Source: Dehalococcoidia bacterium
Lineage (GTDB): Bacteria > Chloroflexota > Dehalococcoidia > SM23-28-2 > RBG-16-64-32
DNA length: 64,000 nt
Assembly (NCBI GenBank): GCA_963665775.2
Contig: CAXXTF010000002.1
Coordinates: 1 to 64,000, forward strand
Reading direction: 5' to 3'
Shown: positions 51,317 to 61,925 of the stretch, one piece after another
Layout of the letters: every line of letters starts with the position of its first letter
Position numbering within the stretch: position 1 is the stretch's first letter
Notes under the pieces: generated by a model
What the model saw: only the letters and a program-made list of their open reading frames with translations
What the model was told of the DNA's origin: nothing
The model's database searches: none
Position numbers and translations under genes: made by a program

Positions 51317-52051
51317 ATGGATACCCGCTGGACTATCTTCGCAATTGCCATACTAGTCTTCGCCTGCTTGTCGTGCGGCGGCCCCGAAGCCGTCAGGATG
51401 GGTACCGAAGGGGCGTATCCTCCCTACAACTTTATCGACGACGAGGGAGAAGTCGACGGATTCGAGCGGGAGTTGGGTGACGAGCTGTGCCGCCGGGCCG
51501 ACCTCGAATGCACCTGGGTGACCAACGACTGGGACAGCATCATACCCAACCTGGTGGCTGGGGACTATGACACCATCCTCGCCGGGATGAGCATCACCGA
51601 CGAGCGGGACGAGGTCATCGATTTCACGCAGCCGTATTTCCCTCCCGGCCAGTCAGTCTACCTGGCACTGGCCGGGGCTGGCGGCGATGTGGTAGACGGC
51701 AAGGTGGCTGCCCAGGTGGCTACCGTCCAGGCGGACCACCTGTCGCAGTCAGGCGCGACGCTCCTGGAGTACGAGCTGGCCCCTGAGGTGGTCTCGGCCG
51801 TCTTGAGCGGAGAGGCGGATGCGGCGTTGGTAGACCTGGAGTTCGCCCGGGAGGGTATGGCGGAGCATGAAGGAAAGCTGGCCCTGGTGGGCCCGCGCGT
51901 CGAACTGGATTCCGGAATCGGCGTGGGCGTCAGGGAGGACGATGGCGACTTGAAGGACAAGCTGGACAAGGCCATCGCCGACATGAAGGAGGACGGCTCT
52001 CTGAACGCCCTCATCGAGAAGTGGTTCGGGCCCGAGGCCGAGAAATTCTAG
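51317..52051 (+). CDS. Polar amino-acid ABC substrate-binding lipoprotein (family 3)
   Basis: MGTEGAYPPYNF, WDSIIPNL..GDYD.ILAGMSITDER..IDFTQPY, DGSLNALIEKWF. Confidence 0.93.
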   Translation: MDTRWTIFAIAILVFACLSCGGPEAVRMGTEGAYPPYNFIDDEGEVDGFERELGDELCRRADLECTWVTNDWDSIIPNLVAGDYDTILAGMSITDERDEVIDFTQPYFPPGQSVYLALAGAGGDVVDGKVAAQVATVQADHLSQSGATLLEYELAPEVVSAVLSGEADAALVDLEFAREGMAEHEGKLALVGPRVELDSGIGVGVREDDGDLKDKLDKAIADMKEDGSLNALIEKWFGPEAEKF

Positions 52052-52666
52052 TTCAAGGTCATGCTCCTCCAGACGACCTCTGAAGAGAAGGTCAACCCCT
52101 GACTCAGGCTGGTTGCAACGGCATAGGCACGGGCGACATTGGCCGCCCGCGCTGCCATCCTGTCACAATCATGCGGCAGCAACCCTTGGTGAGTCTCACA
52201 GTCCCAGCCACATCTCAAAGATGGTTCTGTCTACCGTCAAAATAGGCCCACCAGACTTGATAAAATCAAGAACTTTCAGCTTGAAGTTCGAGCTGGCGGT
52301 GTAGGCACCTATTGCTGAGATCGCGTCGCTGTCTCTCGGAATACTCACGCTCCTCACAACTTCCCAGGAGGCAGGAGTGACCCCGGAGCGTGGCGACGCA
52401 CTATCCGATTTCGGTCGTTTTCAGGTAAGATCGGAGTCTCGTTAAGAGCAATGTCCCGATGCAGCACGCAGCAGTGCAAATGCCAAACGGACGCTGGTGC
52501 AGCAAAATGGACTAGGTCCTCGTGATCGAACATCGCAGCCCGGAGTCGATCTCCGGTCGAATCTATGGCAACCTAACGGTCTTCATGCGAAGGGCTACGA
52601 GCGCAACCGGCTGACAGCTAAGCGAGGACGCTCATGAAGTGGCTACCCCCGTAGAGGAATCAACTC

Positions 52667-54154
52667 ATGGTCGACTACCATCAGCACACAGACAGCCTTC
52701 CCGAAGGATGGAATCGTGTGAGCACCATTGGGAAAGGAGGACAAGCCACAGCCGTCCACATCAGGCATGAGGATGGCCGTGATGGAGTCTTCCGGCGGTT
52801 CAAGCGACCGATGTCGGGACTCGACAGGCAACGATTTCACCGGGAGTTGGAAATCCTATCCCAAAAGGTAGTACATCAAGGCGTCGTAACCCTATGGGAT
52901 TGGAGTTCTGCGGAGGAACACCCCTGGTATATCAGCGAATTGGGAGAACCATTCAGACAGTGGTGGGGAAACTGTAAGGAAACGTTGAAAGACGATCCAG
53001 AGGCCATAGTGGACAGAGCAGTCTAAGTGGTTCGACAAATCGCTCTCGCACTAGCGGAGTGCCATGCCAACGGTATAGTCCACCGTGACCTCAAGCCCCA
53101 AAACCTTGTCATGAAAAAGGGAGTACTGGATCCGTGGCCGATTCTCATCGACTTCGGAGTAGCCCACGACGAAAACGCGGAACGCCTGACCGCCACAAAC
53201 GACGCAGTTGGGAATGCCCGCTTCAGTCCCGACATTATGCGCCGCAGATTGGACGACGTGCCACCTTGGCTGGATGTATTTGACCTTAGGCAAATCTTGA
53301 TCTGGATGCTGGATGAGGAAGCACCAAAGGCACACTGGCAGCGTCCGATAGCATGGAACCACGCGGTTTACGATCCAGCAATCCCACAGACCAAAGAGCA
53401 GTCAATCAAGGCGTTTACCGCGTCGTGTTCCTACCAAGTGTCAGGACCCGCCAACGGACAAGAAACGCTGCATCTACTAGACACACTGTTCCCTCCAGAG
53501 GTGCCACTGCAAGGAGTGGGATTTGATGCCAGTGGCATCGTGGAGGCGAAGAGACGCGGCGAAGCAAGAAAGCTGCTGATCGAAGCAGCACTAAACGAAG
53601 AGGTCCAGTCGAGTGCACCGCTGGCTGAAAGAATATACGGGCAACTGCGTGAAACCGCTCTCGGCGTCCTGAAGCAGGTTTCCTTGCATGACCCCACCGC
53701 CCGCCTAGTATTTGACAATGCGTTCCACCACCAGGTAATCGGTGCGGTGGATCTTGTCCAGGTGGGCGTGGGCCCACCCAACAGAAACATTCAACTCCGG
53801 ATCAAGGTCAAGATAGTGCCGCAGAACGAAACGCCCACGTCCAACGAAGGTAATCGTGCCTTTTGGCGAAAACATATCGCCGAGGATGCCATTTGTTTTA
53901 CCTTCGCACTGGAGGGCGGCGTTCCTCAGGCTGGCGACATGAGGTATTACGATTGTCGCTGGATCACCATCCGCCGAGACGGGGCCATGTACATGCACCC
54001 GTTAGAAGGTGACCTCGGAACAAACTATTCCGACAATGATCTCGGTGGGTCGGCGGAAGGTCTTGGCACGATCTGCTCGATGCAAGACGTCCGTGAGTAC
54101 ATGACATCGGTGTTCACGAATCCGTTCTTTTGGGAATTCGTAGCTGCTGCTTGA
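52667..54154 (+). pseudogene. Hanks-type Ser/Thr protein kinase interrupted by in-frame TAA (53024-53026)
   Basis: Both ORFs share one frame: IGKGGQA, RFHRELEIL, then HRDLKPQN and IDFG; visibly more AT-rich than the flanks. Confidence 0.85.
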
Positions 54155-54194
54155 CGAGCTAGATAAAACGTCGCGACGAAGACCGTTACGAAAC

Positions 54195-55467
54195 TGACCT
54201 GCCCCCCTAAACGCTACCACAGGCTATGTTAGTGTGGCCATCGCCGTAGTCTCCAGGGATGGCGCGGTGGAGCCCGGCCATGGCACGATCGCTTGCGGTG
54301 CTGGCGGCCGGTAGCCGAGAGCGCTATGCGGGCGCACCTCGTTGTAGTTCCGTCACCACCGCTCGCAGAGGACCTGTGCTTCCAGCACCGTGTCGAACAC
54401 CTCCCCATTCAATAGTTCATCACGTAGCTTCCCATTGAACGACTCGATGTAGCCGTTCTCCCAGGGGCTCCCGGGCTCGATATACAGAGTCTGCACGCCT
54501 ACCCGCTCTAGCCAGGTCCGGAGCGCCCGTGCCGTGAACTCTGGCCCGTTGTCCGAGCGCAGGTAGCGAGGCGTCCCGCGCTCGACGAAGAGCTGGGCCA
54601 GGCGTGCCAGCACGTCATCACTGGTGATCTGCCTCGCCACCTGGATAGCCAGGCACTCCCCTGTGAACTCGTCCAGCACCGTCAAGAGCCGCAGGGGACG
54701 GCCGTCGCTGGTGCGGGTAAACACGAAGTCGTAGCTCCAGACGTGGTTGGGCTCAGTCGGCCTGAGCCTAACGCAGGAGCCGTCTGTCAGCCATAGCCGC
54801 CTCCGCTTCGGCTGCTTCGCCGGCACCTTCAGGCCTTCCCGCCGCCAGAGCCGCTCTACCCGCTTGTGGTTCACCCGAAAACCCTCCTCTCGCAGCAGGG
54901 CGGTCACCCGTCGGTAACCGTAGCGCCCGTACTCGGTCGCTAGCTCCACCATCCGCCTCAGCAGCCTCCCTTCATCGTCGGGAGGAGAACCCCACCGCCG
55001 CTGCGTCGATCGCTCCTGCCCCAGGGCCTGGCAGGCCCGGCGCCCCGAGATGACCGCGTGGCCCAACGCATTCCGCACCCAGGCCACCGCCTGTCATCTC
55101 TTGGCCGGGCTCAGAAGTTTCCCTGCGCCGCCTCCTTCAGGATGGCGTTGTCCAGGGAGAGATCGGCTACCAGCTTCTTCAGCCGCAGGTTCTCCTGCTC
55201 CAGCTCCCGCAGCCGCTTGGCCTGCTCCCTCCTCAGGCCGCCCTACTCCTTCCGCCAGCGGTAGTAGGTCTGCTCTGCCACGCCCAGCTTCCTGCAGACC
55301 TCGGGCACAGCCAGGCCCTTAGCCAGCCCGACCTCCGCCTCCCTCAACTTGTTGATGATCTCCTCTGCCGTGTGATGCTGCCTGCCCAATCCTTCTACCC
55401 CCTTTCTCTGGTCCAGAACCCCTGATTACTAACATTGGGCCTGGACTCGTTTTCGGGGGCAAGGTCA
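54195..55467 (-). mobile_element. IS3-family element, copy 2 (inverted), defective
   Basis: Reverse complement of 49884-51156, same length and same two stops; differences seen at 54220 and 54527. Confidence 0.95.
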
Positions 55468-55568
55468 CTTGTGAACGCCTCGGTTACCCGCCGAGGCGTT
55501 CGCTTATCCGGACACATTATGCATCCGCACGCCAATGACCGAAAGGAGTAGACTCCTAACCAATTACG

Positions 55569-55800
55569 ATGATTGAAGACGCTAGAGGCAAGAAGAAGGG
55601 GCGCGAAGAGCCAGTCTTCCTGCACCCGCCGGGTTTCGAGGAGGCTGTATCAGACCTCTTGAAGGTTAAGCCAAAACCAAACCCTTTCAGATAAAGAAAA
55701 GGAGCAGTCGCCGCGCCCGATAACGGGAGCGCCACCGCCCCTTCCTGTCCTAAATGTTAGATTAGCTTATCGATATGGGTTTGTCAAGTACACATTCGCC
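55569..55800 (+). mobile_element. Probable right-end remnant of an IS1595-family element
   Basis: Small ORF 55569-55694 (PVFLHPPGFEEAVSDLLKVKP) and terminal GGGTTTGTCAAGTACACATTCGCC resemble IS1595 3' ends as recalled; no transposase present. Confidence 0.5.
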
Positions 55801-56381
55801 TTCAGGAATACAGCCGCGAAGCTGGAATTCCTCTGAGGCGATGCACTGCAAACGGAATTGCAAACGAACGGTTTGCAACTGCCCGTCACCGGGCATCATG
55901 AGCGGCCAACCCCAGGCCAAAGTTCAGATACGAAATGTGGCTGAACAGGATCACCCGACACACTCCATCACGACAATGAAGGGACTCCTTATCCGCTTAT
56001 CGAGAGCAGAGTCCTGCCGCTCAGGTCCAACACCACCGCCACTCCGCCAGCCGCGCCAGGAGTCGCACGCCGAGCCTCGGCTGGACGTGCTCCGTCATGG
56101 GGGGCTCCAATGTCTGGCCTTATCACTAGCTACTTGCTCGCCTGCGGCGGCAGTTGCTCACTGAGTCGTGCCATCTTAGCATGTCACCGAAACGGATAAC
56201 AAGGCCGCCTCTGGTGAGGCAGCGCAAGTTGGTGAAGGGGCGCCGGTGAACGCCACCTTGGTGGTGGCGGTTCACCCTGCGGAAGAGACCGGGAAGTTTG
56301 TGGGCGTTTCCGACCTGGCCTCCCCGGTTGTGCAGGCGTCTTCGTTGAAGTACGATTGGTCGGAAGAGCAAGCTCAAGAAA

Positions 56382-57698
56382 ATGAGTGTCGAGTCGATTC
56401 CCGAAAAGGCAGAGACGTTCTGGACGCTCGACGCTCCTCCGCTTCCTGAATTGCCCACCCTGGACCAAGACTTGGCTGTCGACGTGGCCATCATTGGCGG
56501 CGGGTTCACAGGGCTCGCCTGCGCTGTCTACCTAAAGCGCTTTAACCCTGAGACCAGCGTAGCGGTCCTGGAGGCACAGCGCCTGGGCTCGGGTGCGAGC
56601 TCGCGCAACGCGGGCAGTATTTCGGCCGAGTATGACGGTTGGTCGCAGGCGAGAGGCAGACAGGACACCGCCGGCGCTCGCACGCCTAGTGAATTGGCTC
56701 GTCGATACTTTGACCGGCTGAAGGAGTTCTTGCGTGAGGAAGGGATCGAGTGTGATCTAAGGGCCGGCAGGGCCTTGGTGCTGGCTACGAAACGCCACGC
56801 GAAAGCCCTGCGGCGTCATCTGTCGCGTCTCAAGGAGGCAGGTCTGGGCGGCGCCTGGATAGACGAAGCTCAGTTGCGCGCGGAGCTCGGTACCACCACC
56901 TACGCGGGCGGACTTGCAGACGAGAACTGGTACTTTCTTCACCCGGGCAAGCTCGTCACCGGGCTGGCTGAGTCGGCGCAGCGTGCCGGCGTCGCCCTAT
57001 ATGAGCACAGCCGCGTGACATCCTTAGAGAGAGGACACCCCGTGACCCTCCGGACCACTGGCGGCACGGTTACCGCTGGGCAGGTGGTAATCGCCACCAA
57101 CGCCTACGCTCCTACATTGGTTCCCGTGGCCGCAAAGATGATGCCTATCCATCATGCGGTGCTGGTGTCAAGACCGCTTACCGATGAGGAGATGGCCAGG
57201 GCAGGATTAGAACTGTGGCCTCTGCGGTACGAGACAGGGCGCCCTCCCTACGCCTACTGGCATACGCTCACTGTGACTCCAGACCGAAGGCTGCTTGTGC
57301 GGGACACCTTAGGCTACCGCTGGAACAACTCTTTGCAGTGGCCACATGAGGAGCGCCAATACGAGCGAGTTTGGCAGAAGACGATCCAGCGATATGCGTG
57401 GGCTCAGGATCTGACCATCGAATACCGGTGGCACGGCCTGACGGGCCATACCAGAAACGGGCAAGTTATCTTCGGCAGTTTGAGGCCGCGGGACGGCATC
57501 CATCTGAGTGTTGCCTATAACGGTCACGGCCTTCTTCAGGCTCATTACAACGGCTACCTGATGGCGATGCGTGTCCTGGGAGAGCCGCAGGAGGAAGAGC
57601 AACTCCGGTACGGCCCGGGGAAGCACGGTCGGATCCCCCGCGAACCGTTCCGCAGCCTCATCGTCAGGTCGGCGATCTGGTTGGGGCGACGCCAATGA
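56382..57698 (+). CDS. FAD-dependent oxidoreductase (DAO / PuuB-like)
   Basis: DVAIIGGGFTGL, GASSRNAG, HPGKL..GLA, VIATNAY, YNGHG. Confidence 0.92.
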   Translation: MSVESIPEKAETFWTLDAPPLPELPTLDQDLAVDVAIIGGGFTGLACAVYLKRFNPETSVAVLEAQRLGSGASSRNAGSISAEYDGWSQARGRQDTAGARTPSELARRYFDRLKEFLREEGIECDLRAGRALVLATKRHAKALRRHLSRLKEAGLGGAWIDEAQLRAELGTTTYAGGLADENWYFLHPGKLVTGLAESAQRAGVALYEHSRVTSLERGHPVTLRTTGGTVTAGQVVIATNAYAPTLVPVAAKMMPIHHAVLVSRPLTDEEMARAGLELWPLRYETGRPPYAYWHTLTVTPDRRLLVRDTLGYRWNNSLQWPHEERQYERVWQKTIQRYAWAQDLTIEYRWHGLTGHTRNGQVIFGSLRPRDGIHLSVAYNGHGLLQAHYNGYLMAMRVLGEPQEEEQLRYGPGKHGRIPREPFRSLIVRSAIWLGRRQ

Positions 57699-58133
57699 TG
57701 GGCGTTGGTCGACATCGTGGCAAGCAGTGATGATGTCGTGCGGGCTGAGGTCCGGCCCGCCTTGGGGTGGCGCGTCCTGTCCGTTCTATACCGCACGCCA
57801 GGGCAGCTCAGCTACGGCATGGACCCCGGCTACCGCGTGGCTTCGACTCCGGCCCGCCTAGCGAACGTGAGAGCACGGAGTGTGGCGAACCGTTCCCTAC
57901 TTGTGCCGCGTGGCAGATACAACACCAATGTCGGATTGTGGCCGGAGATTGGCCATCGCAAGCTCCGTAAGTTATAGTTATATGCAAACAATCCAGTGTA
58001 TAATTCGTACATAAGGGTTCTCTGGGATCGATAGCCCCAGAATCCAGAAGAGAGTGAGTAGTATGCTGGCCTAGCCTTCCGGCAGTCTGGGTATAGCGTT
58101 ACCAGCGGCTTCATCCCTAGAAAGGGGAACGAG

Positions 58134-60698
58134 ATGGTCGTGGACAGCAGCACAGCTAAGATCACGCTAACAGAGAAAAAGAGCGACGGTAAGGTCGTTC
58201 CGTCCTTCTGCCATCTGTGCATCTATGGCCAGTGCTCCACACTAGTGCACGTAGTGGACGGCGTGGCGGTGAAGGTGGAGGGTAACCCAGAGGCACCTCA
58301 TAACCAGGGGAGGCTCTGCGCCAGGGGCAACGCCAACCTGATGGAGCTGTACGACCCCTACCGGGTCAAGGTGCCCTTGAAGCGGACCAATCCGGAGAAG
58401 GGGCTCAATGTGGACCCCAAGTTCGTAGAGATCTCCTGGGATGAGGCGCTGGAGATAGTTGCCGAAAAGCTCAGGGCCGTTAAGGAGGAGGACTCCCGGC
58501 AGTTCCACTCCAGCGGAGGAATGGCTGATCGGGGGCTGGCCCGAGGCGAATTTCAAGCGTTTTTCGGTGGCGCCCCGATGCACATGTTCGGCGGGGTCGC
58601 TGCCTGTGGCAGCTCAGAGCATGCCGTATCGGCCTGGGCCCATAACGCGCACGTATCTGGATATGACCCCGACTACGTGGAGCTGCTTGCGCTCCAGGGC
58701 ACCAATGCCGGCTTCGGGACCTGGATTGGAGCCGCCGCTGGGGGTGGCGTGAGTCGGATAGCCGACGCCCGGGTCGAGCGTGGTGCCAGGATCGTTAGTA
58801 TCGATCCCCGCTGCGGCGAGGGGAGCAACAAGGCGAACGAGTGGATCCCCATCCTACCAGGCACGGACCTGGCCTTTAACCTGGCCGTACTACACGTCAT
58901 CCTTCACGAGCTGAACCGGTTCGACGTGGAGTTCATCAAGCTTCACACCAATGGGCCATACCTCATCCAGTCTAACGGCTACTACCTGAAGGATGCGAAC
59001 GACAAGCCGCTGGTATGGGACGCCGCCGCTCAGGTCGCTAGACCCTTCGATGATCCGGAGATCAAGGACTTTGTCCTGGAGGGTACCTACGAGGTAGACG
59101 GGGAGGCCTGCAATCCCGCCTTCTACCTGCTGAAGGAACGGATGCTCCCTTATACCCCGGAGTGGGCCGAGCAGATCAGCACCGTGCCCGCTGCCCAGAT
59201 CAGACGCTTTGCCGCCGATTTCGTGAAAGCGGCGAGGATCGGTACCAGCATCAAGATAGACGGTGTCGAGTTTCCGTTCCGGCCGGCCGCTATGATCGGC
59301 TATCACGGCTCCCAGCGCCACTACAACGGCCCCTTTACCACCATGTCACTGCGCCTAATAAACGCCATGGTTGGCAATTTCGATGTGCCGGGTGGCAACA
59401 AGGGATGGGCTCGCGAACCGCTGATTAATTACGACACCCCCGCTCCCTCGGACGGGATGCTGGAGTTTATCCCGCGATCCGCAATCAAGTTTCCTCCGGA
59501 CCCTGACCTCAAGCAGTTCTACCCGCTGGCCGTAGACACACACATTGTCTGGTTGAACTATATTCAGACAGATCCCGAGATGCAGGAGCGGTTCAAGGTC
59601 CCGTACACCCTAAAGGTGCTCTGTCTGGGGGGTACTAACCCCTTCGCCAATCAGGGCGATCCCCACCAGACTGAGGGGGTCATGAGGGCCATCGACTTCA
59701 TCTTCACGATATCCATTCATATCGACGACCCAGCACTCTTCGCCGATGTGGTACTTCCGGAGGACTGCGCAGCGGAGCGGCTGGAGGCCTGGCAGTATTC
59801 CGCCATGTTCCAGATTGGGGTGGAGATGATGCTGCTGCGGCAACCTGTTGTGCCGCGTCTATACGATACCAAGCACCCCGACGAGATGGCGATGGAACTT
59901 GCCGATAAGCTGGGCATGCTCTATGGGGAGGATGGCTACATCGACTACATGAACAGTATCCTCCCCCAACGTGGAAACCCTGCCCGGCTGGACATCAACA
60001 GAAAGCCAATGCTGGAAGAGCTGGTCGACGTCCGCCTGAGGTCATGGTCTGGCGAGGACAAGGGGCTGGGATGGTTCAGCGAGCATGGACTCCTGGCTAA
60101 CAAACTGCCTGTCGAAAAAGACTACCATTGGGCCCCCCTATCTGGGCGGCGCTTTCCTATCTACTTCGAGCCGGTCAAGGAGTTGGGTGACGTTCTGAAG
60201 AGCCGGGTCAAAGAAGAATACGGGTGGGACTGGGACACCTCGTGGTACGATGCGCTACCTCGCTGGGAGCCCTGCCCTGAGCATCGCGATGAGCTGTGGC
60301 CGCCGGGCTTCGATCTGTACCTGATCAACTACAAGACACCCTACAACACCAATAGCCAGACCGCAGGCAACCCCTGGCTAGCCGAGGTGTACGAGGCTGA
60401 TCCATACTTCCTGCGGGCCTGGATGAACGAGGAGACAGGGAAGAGGATGGGGCTGCGTGATGGCGAAAAGGTATGGATTGAGTCTACGGTCAACAAGGTG
60501 GAGGCACGAGTAAAGCTCAGCGAAACGGTCCATCCTCGGGTGGTTGCGATCGGTGGGGCTCAAGGCAGCCATGCGACCAACCCGTTCGCCAAGAAGGGGA
60601 TCAGCTACGCTAGCTTACTACCGCAACAACCGGAGAATATCAATCCCATGCTCTGTAACCTTGAGTGGTGCACGCGAATAAAGGTCACTAAGTCTTGA
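58134..60698 (+). CDS. Molybdopterin (bis-MGD) oxidoreductase catalytic subunit, DMSO-reductase family
   Basis: CHLCIYGQC...LCARG [4Fe-4S] motif, PLKRTNP, ISWDEAL, PGTDLA, ADVVLPE; no TAT signal. Confidence 0.93.
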   Translation: MVVDSSTAKITLTEKKSDGKVVPSFCHLCIYGQCSTLVHVVDGVAVKVEGNPEAPHNQGRLCARGNANLMELYDPYRVKVPLKRTNPEKGLNVDPKFVEISWDEALEIVAEKLRAVKEEDSRQFHSSGGMADRGLARGEFQAFFGGAPMHMFGGVAACGSSEHAVSAWAHNAHVSGYDPDYVELLALQGTNAGFGTWIGAAAGGGVSRIADARVERGARIVSIDPRCGEGSNKANEWIPILPGTDLAFNLAVLHVILHELNRFDVEFIKLHTNGPYLIQSNGYYLKDANDKPLVWDAAAQVARPFDDPEIKDFVLEGTYEVDGEACNPAFYLLKERMLPYTPEWAEQISTVPAAQIRRFAADFVKAARIGTSIKIDGVEFPFRPAAMIGYHGSQRHYNGPFTTMSLRLINAMVGNFDVPGGNKGWAREPLINYDTPAPSDGMLEFIPRSAIKFPPDPDLKQFYPLAVDTHIVWLNYIQTDPEMQERFKVPYTLKVLCLGGTNPFANQGDPHQTEGVMRAIDFIFTISIHIDDPALFADVVLPEDCAAERLEAWQYSAMFQIGVEMMLLRQPVVPRLYDTKHPDEMAMELADKLGMLYGEDGYIDYMNSILPQRGNPARLDINRKPMLEELVDVRLRSWSGEDKGLGWFSEHGLLANKLPVEKDYHWAPLSGRRFPIYFEPVKELGDVLKSRVKEEYGWDWDTSWYDALPRWEPCPEHRDELWPPGFDLYLINYKTPYNTNSQTAGNPWLAEVYEADPYFLRAWMNEETGKRMGLRDGEKVWIESTVNKVEARVKLSETVHPRVVAIGGAQGSHATNPFAKKGISYASLLPQQPENINPMLCNLEWCTRIKVTKS

Positions 60699-61035
60699 CC
60701 CTCCACCGCCACGTCGATCTCGCCGCGGTGTTCGCCGTATCTCCTCGGCGCTGAGCCCTCTGGGTGGGCTGGCCGAGGTGCTCGGCTTGCTCGATCCCGT
60801 CGCAGGGGTTCGAGGAGACGATCTTCATCCGTATGAGGAAGCGGTAGAAGGCCTGTTACCAGCTTGGCATCCGCTCGTCAAAGAGTACAATATCGTCAGT
60901 CATGCTCACCCCCTGTTCTCAAGTCAGTAAGCATGTTCCCTTTACCGCACACGAAGTCAAGTTAGTGTGGCATCATTAAGGTCAGGGCAATCTCGGGTGT
61001 ACAACAGGGCTTACGCCGCTAGCTAGGAAGGCATC

Positions 61036-61503
61036 ATGGACTTACAGCTTCTTTCGGATCGCGCTGAGATCATCGATCTCATGAACCGCTACGCTCTGAG
61101 CGTAGACCTGCGTGACTGGGCCGGTTACCGCTCATGCTTCGCAGACGAGATCGAGCTTGATATGAGTTCCCCCGGCTGGCCGGATAAGATCAGCGCAGAC
61201 GAGTGGGTTGATCGAATCCGCGCCGGCATCATGGTATTGGACGCTACCCAGCACCAGATGTCCAACCATACGATCAACGTCGACGGTGACCAGGCCGACT
61301 CCATCACCTACGTTCGTGCGACTCACCATCTGCCCAGCGATGAGGGTGACAGCCAGCACACCATTGTCGGGTACTACAACAACAAGCTGATCCGGACGGA
61401 GCAGGGCTGGAAGATCCGCCGGTTCAACCTGACGAATCTCTGGAACGAGGGTAACCTGTACCTCAGAGAGCTAATGGCTCAGGCCCGGAACAGCGTGCGC
61501 TGA
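61036..61503 (+). CDS. NTF2/SnoaL-like protein (SnoaL_4; LinA/BaiE-like)
   Basis: DRAEIIDLMNRYA..VD.RDW, TQHQMSN, GYY...RTEQGWKI. Confidence 0.9.
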   Translation: MDLQLLSDRAEIIDLMNRYALSVDLRDWAGYRSCFADEIELDMSSPGWPDKISADEWVDRIRAGIMVLDATQHQMSNHTINVDGDQADSITYVRATHHLPSDEGDSQHTIVGYYNNKLIRTEQGWKIRRFNLTNLWNEGNLYLRELMAQARNSVR

Positions 61504-61527
61504 GGTACGGCGCGGGCAGGTGACATC

Positions 61528-61773
61528 CTGAAATCGCTGGTAGTCCGGGTAATCGGCGACGGCCATGTAAGGGTCGTGGAGGTAGATTCGGGCCCCGAAG
61601 GCAAGACCGTGGAGGAAATCAGAGATGCCCTGGTCGCCCACCTTGGGCCAATCCTGCGCTCTGCTACCCTTCTGGTGAACGGTCGTATTGCCGCACACCT
61701 GGGAGACGAGAAGATTTCCGAGGGCGAGATCATTGCCTTTCTTCGGCAAGGCGGTATTCCATCCCACCATTGA
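61528..61773 (+). CDS. MoaD/ThiS-like ubiquitin-fold protein (start uncertain)
   Basis: KTVEEI...LLVNG...ISEGEIIAFL..GG; possible CTG start after AGGTGA. Confidence 0.5.
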   Translation: MKSLVVRVIGDGHVRVVEVDSGPEGKTVEEIRDALVAHLGPILRSATLLVNGRIAAHLGDEKISEGEIIAFLRQGGIPSHH

Positions 61774-61925
61774 GCGAGGAGCCGGCGGGCGATCTTCGCC
61801 GTGTTCACGGTAGCCGTAGGGGTTGCCGCGATGGTCGGTCTTCAACTTACTGCGGATGTCCTTGAGAGCACGCTGATCACCAACGTGAGGACTCTTCTCC
61901 GCGGCGACCTCGCGGTGACCAGGAG
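61774..61925 (+). pseudogene. Remnant of FtsX-like ABC permease N-terminus
   Basis: RRAIFAVFTVAVGVAAMVGLQL...NVRTLLRGDLAV then decay. Confidence 0.55.

Noticed and set aside
33409-55245. Stop-codon recoding (pyrrolysine, selenocysteine or alternative code) to explain in-frame stops
   Set aside because: The interruptions involve all three stop codons at non-catalytic positions, and many intact genes end normally in TAG or TGA; ordinary nonsense mutation is simpler.
58010-58133. Moco riboswitch upstream of the molybdoenzyme
   Set aside because: Only a hairpin and a GAAAGG remain; the conserved multi-stem pattern is not evident.
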